From Thalia democratica (Eukaryota), in contig OZ241830.1 in assembly GCA_965202585.1 (NCBI GenBank), positions 68,138,001 to 68,202,000 on the forward strand: a stretch of DNA of 64,000 nucleotides. The letters are read 5' to 3'. Shown piece after piece: positions 25,951 through 37,849 of this stretch (within the stretch, counting starts at the first letter, position 1; the number at the start of each line of letters is the position of its first letter). Under the pieces are notes generated by a model that was given only the letters and a program-made list of their open reading frames with translations, was not told the DNA's origin and ran no database searches. A program made the translations under genes and the position numbers.

Positions 25951-27520
25951 ATAACATTTTTTCTCGTTACTTTTAGTAGTGGATCGCTGAAAAGTAGTAA
26001 ATTTCTGAAACAAAATAACTATTTGTTTTGTTTATGATTACAACTAGTTTATTTTTTGTAAATATCCACTTTATAAATACAACTAATTTGTTGTAAAACA
26101 AAATTGCTGACCTTTGAAATTATTTTAGATCTTAACTAAATTAATTTTTTTTTTGTATTGGTTTATGCTTTACACATATAACGGAATAGTCAATAGTTTT
26201 TTAAGACAACAATAAAAAAAAACACATTAAATATGTAATCAGTAATGCATAAGTTTAGATAAGCATTATATAAAGGTTACTTCTGTTGGATTATAATTTT
26301 TTTATATAAATATTGTACTTGATTATTTTGTTTTTCCGTAAAACATATTATGTTAAGCTATGAATTTTTTAGTTATTATCAAGATAGTTTATTATTTTAA
26401 ACTAAACTTGTTTTACTTCTTGATAGTTGTTAAGCTATGAATACTTATGTTATTTAGAATAAGTTAACATTTTATTATTGTTTTAAAATTAATTTTTTAA
26501 TGGACTATTTAACAGTTGACGATAATTTGTCTCCGATGTCTATTCAAGTGTTACTTTTACCAAAGAGTTTTGTTATATACAAAAAGAAAATATTGACTTG
26601 CTATTTTTGCACTTATAAAATTTTAAATTTTCCTTAAAACTTTTGTATTTTTTAAAAGTGGTGAATTTTAACTTAAGGTTTAAGTAACTTTTGAAATAAA
26701 GTGTAAAAGTTTTGGTACTTTTTTTAGAAATCTACTTTAAACCCATATTTGTTTGTAGTTTTGTAAGAAAAGTACAAAAACAAATTATGTATTCTTATAA
26801 TAATAAAATAATTTCATAATTATACTTGGTTTTATAACGCAATAAAAAACACCTTACAAAGTATCAATATTATTAGAAACAATGATTAGCATTTATTTGT
26901 TTAGTCTTTAATATGGTCTAAGTTAAACTTAAAGTAAATTTTTACAGAATGTTTCATGAAATCAATCTTTATTTTTTTATTTCAGAAAGTAGTTGAATTA
27001 TAAGCATAATGTGGTAAAGTTTTGTTTTAGATAAATCATTGAAAATTAAGCTTATCAAGACAAAAACAATATTTTATATTTATTTTAACTTAATTTTACT
27101 GCAGTGATCTTCTCGGTATAAATAAATTTTTCACTAAATAAAAAATCCGAAATGAATTTTTTTTATTTTATTAATGAACTAAATTGCATAATAATTGAAA
27201 ACATTTATGAAACATTTATGAAAAAACATAAAATCAATCATGATAATTTATCTATTATAAGGTTTAAATATAGAATGTTTTAATTAGTTATCTTAACATA
27301 TATGCGTTCAACAACTTTTTGAGAGAAAAAGACATACTTTGAGTTATAAAAAATTATTACTGATAACTTGAAACTAATAAGATGTAACACATAAAGAAAT
27401 AGTATAAAACAAACTACAAAAACTAATTAGCCGAATGAAACAAAACTAAACTGAAATAGGTTCGAAAATCGATGAGAAACAAAGCTTGGAATGAAGATTA
27501 AAAATTATACTTTACTACTG

Positions 27521-29155
27521 TTAATATTTTTTAATGAGATAATGTGAGTAGTCTTCTTGAGGTCCAGATTTAAGTGGCGTCATTAAAACGATTGTGTACA
27601 GGTTTCGAATATCGTAACTAGCGAGAGTCCTATCATACTCCAATTGCTTCAACCGAGTTACAAAAATCAAACGTTGCTTTGATACTGGGAGACCTAAAAT
27701 TAACAGTTATTTTAACATTAGTTAGAGTGTTTAAATAAAAGCTTTATTATGTTTTGTGTTTTGCGTTTATGGTTTCCAAGATGATGTGATATCGAATATT
27801 TGTTTTGATTTCATGATGTTTTGACGGCATAATAATAAAATTATAGTTTACTTGTTAATTATGATAACTTTTCACTTTAAAACCTCGTTTGTCATTTTAG
27901 GTATACAATTTTTATTATCTTATTTGTTCTATCTTTCGTTTTAACTTTTTGTTTAAATACGTTATAAACTAATCTTAATGAGAATGGAATAAGAATTAAG
28001 AGCTCTGTAGCTAAACTAATATGTAATGTTTTTCACTATTAACTATTTTCTTTACCTTCTTGACTTTGAATTTTTTCTTTGACATTTTCAATAGTGTTTA
28101 AAAGATCAACTTCCAATGAGAATTGCATACCAGGTGGTAAACCCATTTTTGGGAAAGTTTCTACGAATATTCTTGTTGGTTCTTTTAGGCTGTTCATAAA
28201 TTAAATTAGTGCCACAAAAGATAAGTAGTTTATCAAACATATAACACTTAGTTGTAAAAAAATCAGTTAAATTTTAACATTAAGAAATCACAACAAACTA
28301 ACTTATCTAGGTAGTATTACTACTTTTATCTTAAAAAATGTTGTAAATTGCTCCTTAAACTTTTATATCTCAATTATAATCACTTAAAAATGTATTCAGT
28401 AATAAAAACGTTAAACCAAAAACAATAAATGCTTAATAAAAAGTATATAAAGTAAAGTAAACTTATATTTAATAATATTTAGTATTTTACCATTCAAACC
28501 TAAACAATTTTGCACAATTACTGTAACTTACAGGGTTAAGTTGAATTTGTATTTGTAATAACCCAAAGTAAAATTGTTCTCCTGCTTTAATATTTGATCA
28601 AAGTATAAACATTGCTGCTCTATGGAAGTTCCTAGTAATTAAAATAAGAGTTAGATACTTTTAATTCGTTTAGTATCAAATATAGTTAAGTATTTTATGT
28701 AAACATTTTTAAGTTATGTTTTATTGAAGTTCTTATTTTAAATAAAATACAGCTATATATGGTGTCCTTATACTCTTATACTTTTCTACATTATGAAGAA
28801 AGTGAATTTTAAGTATTTAGTGATAAAAATGCTCAAAAACTAACTACAAGAAATTGTATTTTGATACTTAACAAACTGAAAACGAACATTATTTTAATTT
28901 TTTCGTTTCAATTAAAGCAGCTTAACCTTAATTGGGCACAGAAAAATTAATTGTGAAATTAAGTTGTACTTGCATATTTAGATAAAAAATATTTGTAATA
29001 TCTTACAAAATGTACACAAGTTTAGTTACAATAAAAAAATAACCTTTCTGTTGACTTATATGACCTATGACTTGGTCAACTGACCGAAAAAACATTTGTT
29101 TTTCTATTTTTAACGTGAATGTTCTACCAGTGGTTGACTTCACAATAAAATACAT
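27521..29155 (-). CDS. Tandem di-ubiquitin-like protein, 172 aa, no C-terminal Gly-Gly
   Basis: Exons 29155-29044, 28631-28532, 28189-28056, 27693-27521, all GT..AG with phases 1,2,1. Total 519 nt, open, ending in TAA. Protein: MYFIVKSTTGRTFTLKIEKQMFFRSVDQVIGHISQQKGTSIEQQCLYFDQILKQENNFTLGYYKYKFNLTLLKEPTRIFVETFPKMGLPPGMQFSLEVDLLNTIENVKEKIQSQEGLPVSKQRLIFVTRLKQLEYDRTLASYDIRNLYTIVLMTPLKSGPQEDYSHYLIKKY. Both halves align by eye to ubiquitin (FVKT.TG.T.TL; LEV...TIENVK.KIQ..EG.P...QRLIF..KQLE..RTL..Y.I). Confidence 0.85.
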
Positions 29156-30453
29156 TTTGAATGAAGAGGCTGCTTATATAAAGTGTTATAAAACATGTAC
29201 AACTACTTTTTTTACAAACAATTGAAAACAATATATTCACTATCACAAGATGTCTAAATTTTGTTCTAGTAGTTAATATTTTAATCTAATTATTATTTTA
29301 TTTTCATTAACTTTTTGTTACTTAAAATAGCTTCTTTTGTAGATAATTATGTTCCAAGCATATTGAAACTTGTTACTTTAATTATAACTCATTTTTACAT
29401 AAGTTAAAATTTTAAACAATAAAAGGAAAAAAAAAATTTTTATAGTTTCATGTACTTTTACAAAAAAAAAACAGTTTAGTAGTTTTTAAAGTTAATTAAA
29501 GTAGTAGTAGTAGTTTAGTACTACTTTTAACTGAACTACTCTTGAAATGTTTGAAACATACTAGTTACACCTGTTAAGAAGTTAAAACAATCTATTACTT
29601 GATCTTAAAACGATAAGCAATCACCAATTAAAAATTTTGTGTTTGAATCATACATTTTAAACTTGTATTCTAAAACTACTTTGTAGTAAATCACTCGATA
29701 AAAAATTAAAAAATAATAACTATAGCTAAAATTATTTTAAAAAATGATTTCACAAGTTAATAAAAAGAATTAATTTTTTCACCTAGATTGTGTTAACTGC
29801 TTAAAATATTTTATAAACTTTTTATTTATAAGTTTTAAGTTTAGGTTTAAAATTTTACGCAAAATTAAACACCTATAAAACGTTTTAATGTGGTTTAGAG
29901 GCTATTTTAATGATTTAAAGTTTATATAGCATATTTTATTTATACTTATTATAAGTTTAGTCAAATTAACTAAACATTATACGTCTTAAATAATAAAGTA
30001 ATAGTTACAACGTTAAATAAAACTTTAAATAACTGTTGTGTTACACTAACTTTAATGAAAAAAAAATTGTTAAAGTTTTGTATTGTAGTCAACCTAAAGT
30101 TTCTTGATCTTATTATTAAAATATAATTAATTACCTTTTAAAAAAGTAATTATTATTTTTTAACTTTATACAAGTTGTCTATGATAAAACAAGTTGTCAT
30201 ATATAAAACAAGTAGTCAGAAAAGTATTAATTTAAATTGTTAAAACAGCAGATATAAAAATTATTTTTCTGTACTGTTATTATTAGATTCATTTTAGGTT
30301 TTTTAAAAGTTATTTTGATTTTAAAAATTTGTAATAAGTTGTCCCTGAAAATTTTTTTTATGAAAACAAAACCATTTAAGCCCATTTTAGTATGTATCAT
30401 TTTCATATTGTATTTAATGAAGTTTTAGATAAAGTTATACTGACTGGTAAAAT

Positions 30454-33400
30454 ATGATAGAAGAAGTTATTAGTACATTTCCTGTAATGGTTCGTTAAGT
30501 TATATTTCTCTAACACTGCATATATAAAATGTTTAACTAAATTTTTTTTATAAAAAAATAAATAATTTAGTTTTTATCTAAATAACTTTTATTTAACTTT
30601 TTAATCATGTTTAGTGAGAGTGTAGTGTGCAGAGTTTTTTTCTAGTGGTTAAACTCTTTTAGAAGTATAAACCAATGGTATTTTCTGAATTATTTAGTTT
30701 TTAACCACTTCATATTTTTATGTTTAGTTACTTGTATTAATTTTGAATTTTACTTTTTTCATTGACAAGTAATTTTTTACCAATAGTTATATTTCAGTAG
30801 CTAGAATTTTTAAAGTTTTTAAAGGTTAAAATAGTATGACTTTTATTTCAATTTTTTAGTATAAGTATTAAAAACTAAGTTTAACTTAAAACAATAAAGT
30901 AACTTTTTATTAGTTGAACAGAATGATAAATTTACCTGATTTTTTTTTCTGCAAAGTTATGAGGTTTTGCCTAGATAAGTATTAACTTAAATAACAAAAA
31001 TGTATACATTATTCAAAACATTGTTTACTCTATAACAATTTTGAATAGAATTACAGTATGCTTACACTTAATCATATTAAAATAGTTTTTTACGTTTGTT
31101 TAGTTTTTACTTAAATCAGAATACTTAATTTGAATTTAAAATATCCGGAAGGTTATAAGAAACACAAAATAATTTACTTAAAAAAAAACTTTGATAAGAA
31201 TTTGCATATTGAAATTAAAAGTAGGTATCATTAGGTTATTAAAACTTAGTTTTTATTATGATTATGGGTAAAATAACTAATTTCTTATGAAAACTTTTTA
31301 TTTAATCATTACATTAAAATTTTATCAAAATATATTTAATTATGTAATTTTTTTCATTTTTTTCTTATTTACTGTTACATCTTTAAAGCTTATATAAAGT
31401 TATTATATTATGTAAACCTACTTAAATTATGTAAAATAAAGAGGGGAAAACTAAGAAAGTTATAAATAGTTACTAAACTCTAAAACTCATTTAATAGAAA
31501 CTTGTCTCTTACAATAAATATAATATACCTTAATAATTTGAAGTTAAAAGCATGTTATATCTCTTATTTTTTAAGAGTTTATCTTAAGGATAATTTTACT
31601 AAATTATAACTTGTACTAAATCAATTGTTCAAAATAATTTAATTAGCAAATTACAATTTTAATATCAACTTGTATAATGATATAGAATTATGAAATTTAG
31701 TTATGTAAAATTTGAAATAAAAAAATTTAACAAATTTATTTTATAAATTTTATTAAGATAATGAAAATCAGTTGTAAATTATATAAGTATATCAATTTAG
31801 ATATTTATCTATCTTATTTTGAAAATGATCTATTAGATTTTATATAATTAGTCGTTAAAATTAAGAATTTTAATCATTATGTACTTTAAAAACACTTTTC
31901 AAATACATAAACACACACTTTAAGATTTGACCTTTATTTTTTGTGTATCAAACAAAAATGTTTAACTTATTCAATATACAAAGTTTAACTCTGTTTTCAA
32001 GTTATAATTAAAATTAGTTGACGAAGTTTGGCTAAAAATTGACTTGTAAGAAAAAATAAATACAAACGATTTTCATTAAAAAGTACATATGTATTCTATA
32101 GATGTGTGTTAATATTTTATATCAAAAACAGTTTTTAAACTTTTATAACTTTGATGGACTTTTAGTTAAAAAAAATTACTTAAATTTATCTAGATTTTCA
32201 CTAGCTTTGAATGTTAAACTTTTAATTATTATAGGTTTCACTTCATTTTATATTTCTAAGTTTGTTTTTAAAATTTTATTTAATAAATTTTTAATACAAA
32301 ATTTTAACAGGATTATCAGGGTCAAAAAGCTGCAGTAAAGCACTATAAAATCATTATTTGTTTATTTGGTGTAAGTTCAATTTTTAGTTGTTAATAAACA
32401 GATTGAAGTAGTTTGTATTAAATAATTTAAGTATGTACATTAAAAGTATTTATAACATTTACTTGTTTTAATCCAATGCATCAAACTAATTTATTTTCAT
32501 CTAAACGTTTTGTAAGTTAGTTTTAAGTTCTATCACTAACTATAATTGAATAAAGATTTCACAACTTGATTATTTTTCAGTGCTCTAATGTACATTTTAT
32601 TTTGTTTTTAATTTCTAACTATTAAGGCCTAATAAATAAGCAGCTTGATTTAGTTTATGTAGATTTGCTATATAAGTTATATAAGTAATGTGTTAAATTT
32701 TAGCATATGACGAACTGCTTTAAAATAAACAATAACCTCGCGTATTACTCTTAATCAGTTTCGATTATTTTATATAACAGATTTGAATTTTAAATTCTTT
32801 TATTTTGAATAATAATTTAAACACAAAACATACATAAAATAATGAAGAAGAAGAAGGTAATACAAATTAATGTATTTTTTTAAAGTTTAGAAAAATATTA
32901 TGATTTTATATTTTAGTGAATAATTAAGCACAAGTTTTTGTGTTTGTAAAAAACATACTAGATTAATCGGCTAGTCTACTTAAAGTAATTTAGTCTGAGC
33001 TGAACAAAAGCTAAGTCCGCAAAAAAAAACTTTTTTTTTGTTCTTTTAAATTTCAATTGGTTCAGCTTCATTTTTTGATATTTTTTTTTATATATTTGAA
33101 TAAAGTGGGTTGGGATTAAGTTAAAACTAATTTTTTTTTAAATGCTGACTCAGCATTTTTCAGCTATTTTTAGCTCAGAATGACCTTTAAGTATATTTTC
33201 CACATTAATCAAAATCATAATTCAATACAATTTATTTAAAAAAAACTATTTATATTTCATGTATAACATTTTACAAAGTAAATTAATTTCGTTAGCTTAA
33301 AAATCGTTAAAAACCTCATTTAAGTTGTGTAAAAATTATACAGCTTTTAAAAGAACAATATTCCAAGTTTATTTTAAGAAAAAACTTTAGTTTAATAAAA

Positions 33401-34022
33401 ACAACAACTATTGATAAAAAGGTTGTTGGGTTTCTTGAAGGATGTTTCACTCAACAGCTATCTCATACAATGATGATATTGTTTGCTGGTTTCGTTGTGG
33501 CTTCGATTGTGAGTTGTTGTTTAAATAACTTGTCAAAAATTGAAAATTCTTACCGCAATGATTAGTTAATATTTTTGTGAAAAGTTAGACGACGGCGATA
33601 AACAAAAATTTAAATCACTTTTTTATACAATTAAATTGTATTATAGACAAATAATTGTGTTTTTATAAAAAGTGGTCGAGATAATTAGTTTTAAACTATA
33701 TAGGAAAAACATTAAAAACACTTAGTTTTATGACTATAAAACCTTTTTCTAAAAGACATTTATTTTTTGTTATATAACCTACTAACTTTTGGTAAAGTTT
33801 AAATTTATGTTCGTTAGTAGATAAAGTACAGTAAAATAAAAACATTAGATGAAACCTCTAATATAACATACAAAATATATAGATTTAGTTGTTTAATTTA
33901 TTGTGTCACAGACAACACTACCTCCATGGCCTATGTACAGAAAAAATTCCATCAAATTTCTTGAACCTATCATAAACAGAATGCTGAAAACAAAATATGG
34001 TAAAAAGAACAGGAAAAACTAA
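30454..34022 (+). CDS. SPCS1: Signal peptidase complex subunit 1 (SPC12) homologue, 97 aa
   Basis: Exons 30454-30489, 32311-32370, 33422-33508, 33912-34022, all phase 0 and GT..AG. Protein: MIEEVISTFPVM|DYQGQKAAVKHYKIIICLFG|VVGFLEGCFTQQLSHTMMILFAGFVVASI|TTLPPWPMYRKNSIKFLEPIINRMLKTKYGKKNRKN. The DYxGQK, VGF and TLPPWPxYR motifs and the 12/20/29-codon exon sizes match SPCS1 as I recall it. Exon 1 is the least certain. Confidence 0.88.
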
Positions 34023-35434
34023 ACATTGACATTACTGCAAAATTTTTGTTTAATTTAAATAAAACTAAATAGACTAATTGCGTTTTACTACCTTGTATTA
34101 ATTTTGGTTAACAAAAGTGTATTTTATTATGCTATATACTAACGCTGGGGTAGGCAGCTTTTATGAGTTGCGTGCCAAATATCTTTAAAAAATTACTTGT
34201 GGGCCGCACTTATTAGAAAAATTATTTTTGTTCTTCATAGTTTTGAAACTATTTTAGTGTTCCGTATAAAGTATTATTTTAAAGCAAAACAAGCTATAAA
34301 ACAACGCTAGTTGTAATTAAACTACTCAAAAAAGATCACTTTAAATTACGAGCATTATGGAGTTATAATTACAAAAACTTTTCATTTTTTTTTGGTTTAA
34401 AGTTATTGTTGTAATCTGCCAAGTACCTCACGGGCCGCAGGTTTCGGCTTTAGAGCTTTAAGAAAGAAAAATTTTGTACTAGAGTGTTTTTTCTTGTAAT
34501 GTAACATTATATCTACAATATGCACAGTTTCTTAAAAATAATTTTTCCAACTACAACATGTATTGTTTTTTCTTTACATAAAAACTAATAGTTTTAATTT
34601 TTATCTAACAATTATTTTATCAGCGTCTAAGCTTATTAACACAAATATGTTTTAAATCTATACACATATATTAGATTACAAGACATAAACTTATTATTTT
34701 AAAATATTAGTGCTCTTTTTATTAATATAAAACACCTAAATTTTAGGAATTAAAATCAAGACAGTTTAAGTTGTCTATAAGAAATAAAATAAACATTCTA
34801 ATATGTGATGCACTTTTATTTTGACCTTCTATTGCAATTGTACAGTAAAAGTGATATATTTAAAACTGACGACAGTTTATTCTTATAGTTTCTAGGCAGC
34901 TATGAAAATAAATTTTAAGAGGGTTGTCAAATACTTATTACAAGATGTGAGTAATCCAGTTTATATTTATAAGTCATGTAAAAGCAACTAATTTCAATTT
35001 CAATGAGAGTTCTTTAATACCATTATTTATGAAAATTTCAAAGATGTTAAATAATATTGTTGTTGTAGCTTATAGAAAGATGAAAAACAAAAACAAATCA
35101 AAATATTTGTGAATATTATTTCTAATTTAGTAAAACCTGTGAAATAGTATAATAGTTTAATGAATAGAAAACTAGGGCTAGATTAAAACTTATAAAACAA
35201 AAATATGCTGTAATATTCTACTTGAGTACGCACATTGAACCCTGCCTAAAAGTGCGTACTCAACAAAAAGTGCGTATTTAATAAGTACCAGCAGTAGAAA
35301 CAAAGTACTTTTAACATAAACTTTTAAAAACAGAAAAAAAATTTCAATGCTGAGATCACCGATCAATACCAGCAAATAGTTGATTTATGCTTGCATTTAT
35401 GAATCATTCGTAAACTGACAACTACAGATTTTCG

Positions 35435-35490
35435 GTTGTGACTGACTGGAGAGTCCTAATTAGGATGAAACCGGTTATAGTCTAACGAAA
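35435..35490 (+). ncRNA. Degenerate minimal hammerhead ribozyme
   Basis: CTGGAGA-GTCCTAATTAGGAT-GAAA-CCGG-TT, with stem I GACT/AGTC. It shares stem II with the 36530 ribozyme, but the core CUGAUGA is mutated to CUGGAGA. Confidence 0.55.
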
Positions 35491-36331
35491 GCTTGTGATT
35501 AATGTTCGAATTTTGTATGACCAACCCTTTTGTTAAACTTGAGCTTGTCTCACGGCATACGATCGTCCACGCTTCTACTCTGCAGACTTTCCCCGGTGAT
35601 TTTGTTTTTTATCATACTTGAAAGAATGAAAGTATTTGACAATACAAATAAAAAAACAATAAGCCCTATGAACTTTTGCGAGTTGTTTTATTTTTTAAAC
35701 ATTCACACCATTTTTATTGGTGCTATGTACTTAAAGTTAATGCATATCATTCCTTCATTGTTCATGTTTATTTAATGATTAGACAATCTGGTCGATTAGA
35801 GGACTTTTGTTTGTAAAACATGGTCAAAATAATCAGCTTAGTCGGGATTTCCCAAGCTCACTTCTAATATTGCTCCTTTGGCAGAAGAACAAAACAAACT
35901 TCTTCCTATTTGTAAGTCTGTAGGTAGTCTTCAGTTTATCTGGTGGAATTTTTTAATATATAGTCAAATTAATCTCAGCCGTTTTTTACTTTTTCCCAAT
36001 CATCTAGCGTAAGTTAATTTTTGCCGCCTTATCATTTATCTTACCCTTAGTAAAGTTTTATAACATTTTTGACACCTGAACAAATGAGTGAATGATCATG
36101 CTCTGTAATGTGAATATCAAGAAAGCCAATAAAAACATAAATTTATGAGATGATAGATCATTAAGAAATTAAATTAGTTATTAGTTTAAAACCATGTTAC
36201 TCCGCTGTTTTGGTTATTTTATGAAAAATAACTTCTTTGCGTGTTTACTCAGTTCTCTAATAAATAATTTGCTAATATAAATAATAATAATAAACAATGA
36301 ACTTCACCGCACGATAAACAACAACAGCATC

Positions 36332-36391
36332 CGAGACAATCCTACGACCTGTTTCGTCCTAATTAGGACTCATCAGGCAGAAATAGTCGCG
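36332..36391 (-). ncRNA. Minimal type I hammerhead ribozyme (mirror copy)
   Basis: Exact reverse complement of the ribozyme at 36530-36589. Core on the minus strand starts at 36376; predicted cleavage after 36346. Confidence 0.85.
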
Positions 36392-36529
36392 AGAAACCGC
36401 TGTTGTGATCTAACCAAGCGGGCTAAAGTACGAAGTACTAAAGCGACCGTTTGTCGGTAAAGTCCGAAAAACCTTTACTTCAGTACTTCGTACTTTAGCC
36501 CGCTTGGTTAGATCACAACAGCGTTTTCT

Positions 36530-36589
36530 CGCGACTATTTCTGCCTGATGAGTCCTAATTAGGACGAAACAGGTCGTAGGATTGTCTCG
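36530..36589 (+). ncRNA. Minimal type I hammerhead ribozyme
   Basis: Stem I 5' TTCTGC; core CTGATGA (36545-36551); stem II GTCCTAATTAGGAC; GAAA (36566-36569); CAGG; TC, with predicted cleavage after 36575; stem I 3' GTAGGA, extendable with bulges. All invariant core nucleotides are present. Confidence 0.85.
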
Positions 36590-37849
36590 GATGCTGTTGT
36601 TGTTGATCTTGCGGTGAAGTTCATTGTTTATTATCGATAGCATAAAACACCTCAATTTTGTTGATGATGGCCGAAATAAATACTGGCTAAATATAACAAA
36701 TAAAGAAATACAAAACAATACTCTATAGCAGAATTTATTTCAGTGTTTTATTCCGCACGTTTTGTTATTACATGTACGTTAAGTTATCTGATTAAAATCT
36801 GGCAGCAGTGGCCTTCATTGCGTGCACAACAAATGTACGAATTTTTTTTTTTGATCCACATTAACTTGTTTAGGGTTAAAATAAAAAAACTAAATTTTTA
36901 GTATTTTATATTGATATTAAGCAATATGATTCCTGATAAAAACGAATCCGGTCATTTTGCCAACTAGCAAACAGGAGCACCATCTCAAAACATCTTCTCA
37001 GGTATGTATTGAAAGTTGGTTGTAATTGAAATAATACATGTTTTATGTAAGGTGTTTTAAAGGATTTATGGTTAAAATTACTATTTGCAGTTAATACATT
37101 TTTAAAGATACTACACACTTTTTTTTTTGTCTTAACACTTGTTGGAGTTTATAATTTTCTCAATTAAACCTTTATAATTTATTTTGTGTTCAAAACCTTT
37201 TTACAGAAAACAGTTTAGTATAAAAAATCAAACAAAAACTTTTTAAAAAGTTCTTGATAAAAGTGTTTAAATAAACAAACTAAAAAATTATACTTTTCAC
37301 ACAGCATCCGTTCAACAGAGCTCCACTGACAATGGAAGATGTAATTCCCACAACTCCTCAATCAACTCAAACTATGGCTGGCAGATAAAAAGAAATCCAT
37401 GCAGCAATATAGTTTTTTTATAGGACTTATTATGATAATTACTGGGAAATTAAATTAGTCTCTCTTTTGTAATTTTGTGTTTCATACATCATTTTTCAGT
37501 CTTAGATTTTGTAATATAATAAAATTGAAAGAATGTAAAAATTGTTTGTTAGTTTATTACCTTGTTTTGTTCTTTCATATTAATATACGGGCCAGGTTTG
37601 TAAGCATTAGAAAAAAAACTCAAAAGATGAAAACAGTATTATGTACCTTACTGTGATCTTAAGATAAAAACAAGAGACAGCAAAACTTCTTTCAATAATA
37701 GAATTAATGAAACAATTAATAACTAATATTTAGAAATGAAATATTTTAAACAAATTTTTGAAGAAATGTCACCTAAATGTTGAAAAGTTTTAGAAACAGC
37801 AGCATGTTAACCTTACTATTTTCTATGTAAACAACAATTAGTCGAAAGG

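Larger units (their letters stand above)
36287..36634. repeat. Long inverted repeat (157-bp arms, 34-bp spacer), probably Penelope-like element derived
   Basis: Arms 36287-36443 and 36478-36634 are reverse complements with 4 mismatches. Each carries a hammerhead motif. The left flank is (TAA)n. Confidence 0.95.
35783..37420 (+). pseudogene. UBE4A: Decayed fragment of a UBE4A/Ufd2-type U-box E4 ligase (last exons)
   Basis: Exon-like blocks ~35783-35911, 36922-37001 and 37305-~37420. They translate with frameshifts to FPKLTSNIAPLAEEQ | NPVILPTSKQ..STISKHLLS | PFNRAPLTMEDVIP..QLLNQLKLWLADKK, matching the U-box consensus DPV.LP.S....DRSTI.RHLLS...DPFNR.PLT......N..LK..I..W. Several deletions and a stop. 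Confidence 0.7.

Noticed and set aside
35222-35263. Perfect 12-bp hairpin TTGAGTACGCAC/GTGCGTACTCAA as a Helitron 3' end
   Set aside because: No CTRR terminus at the right distance and no matching 5' TC end identified.
36410-36718. 102-aa ORF across the palindrome
   Set aside because: No recognisable motif; the frame is open because the repeat is GC-richer.
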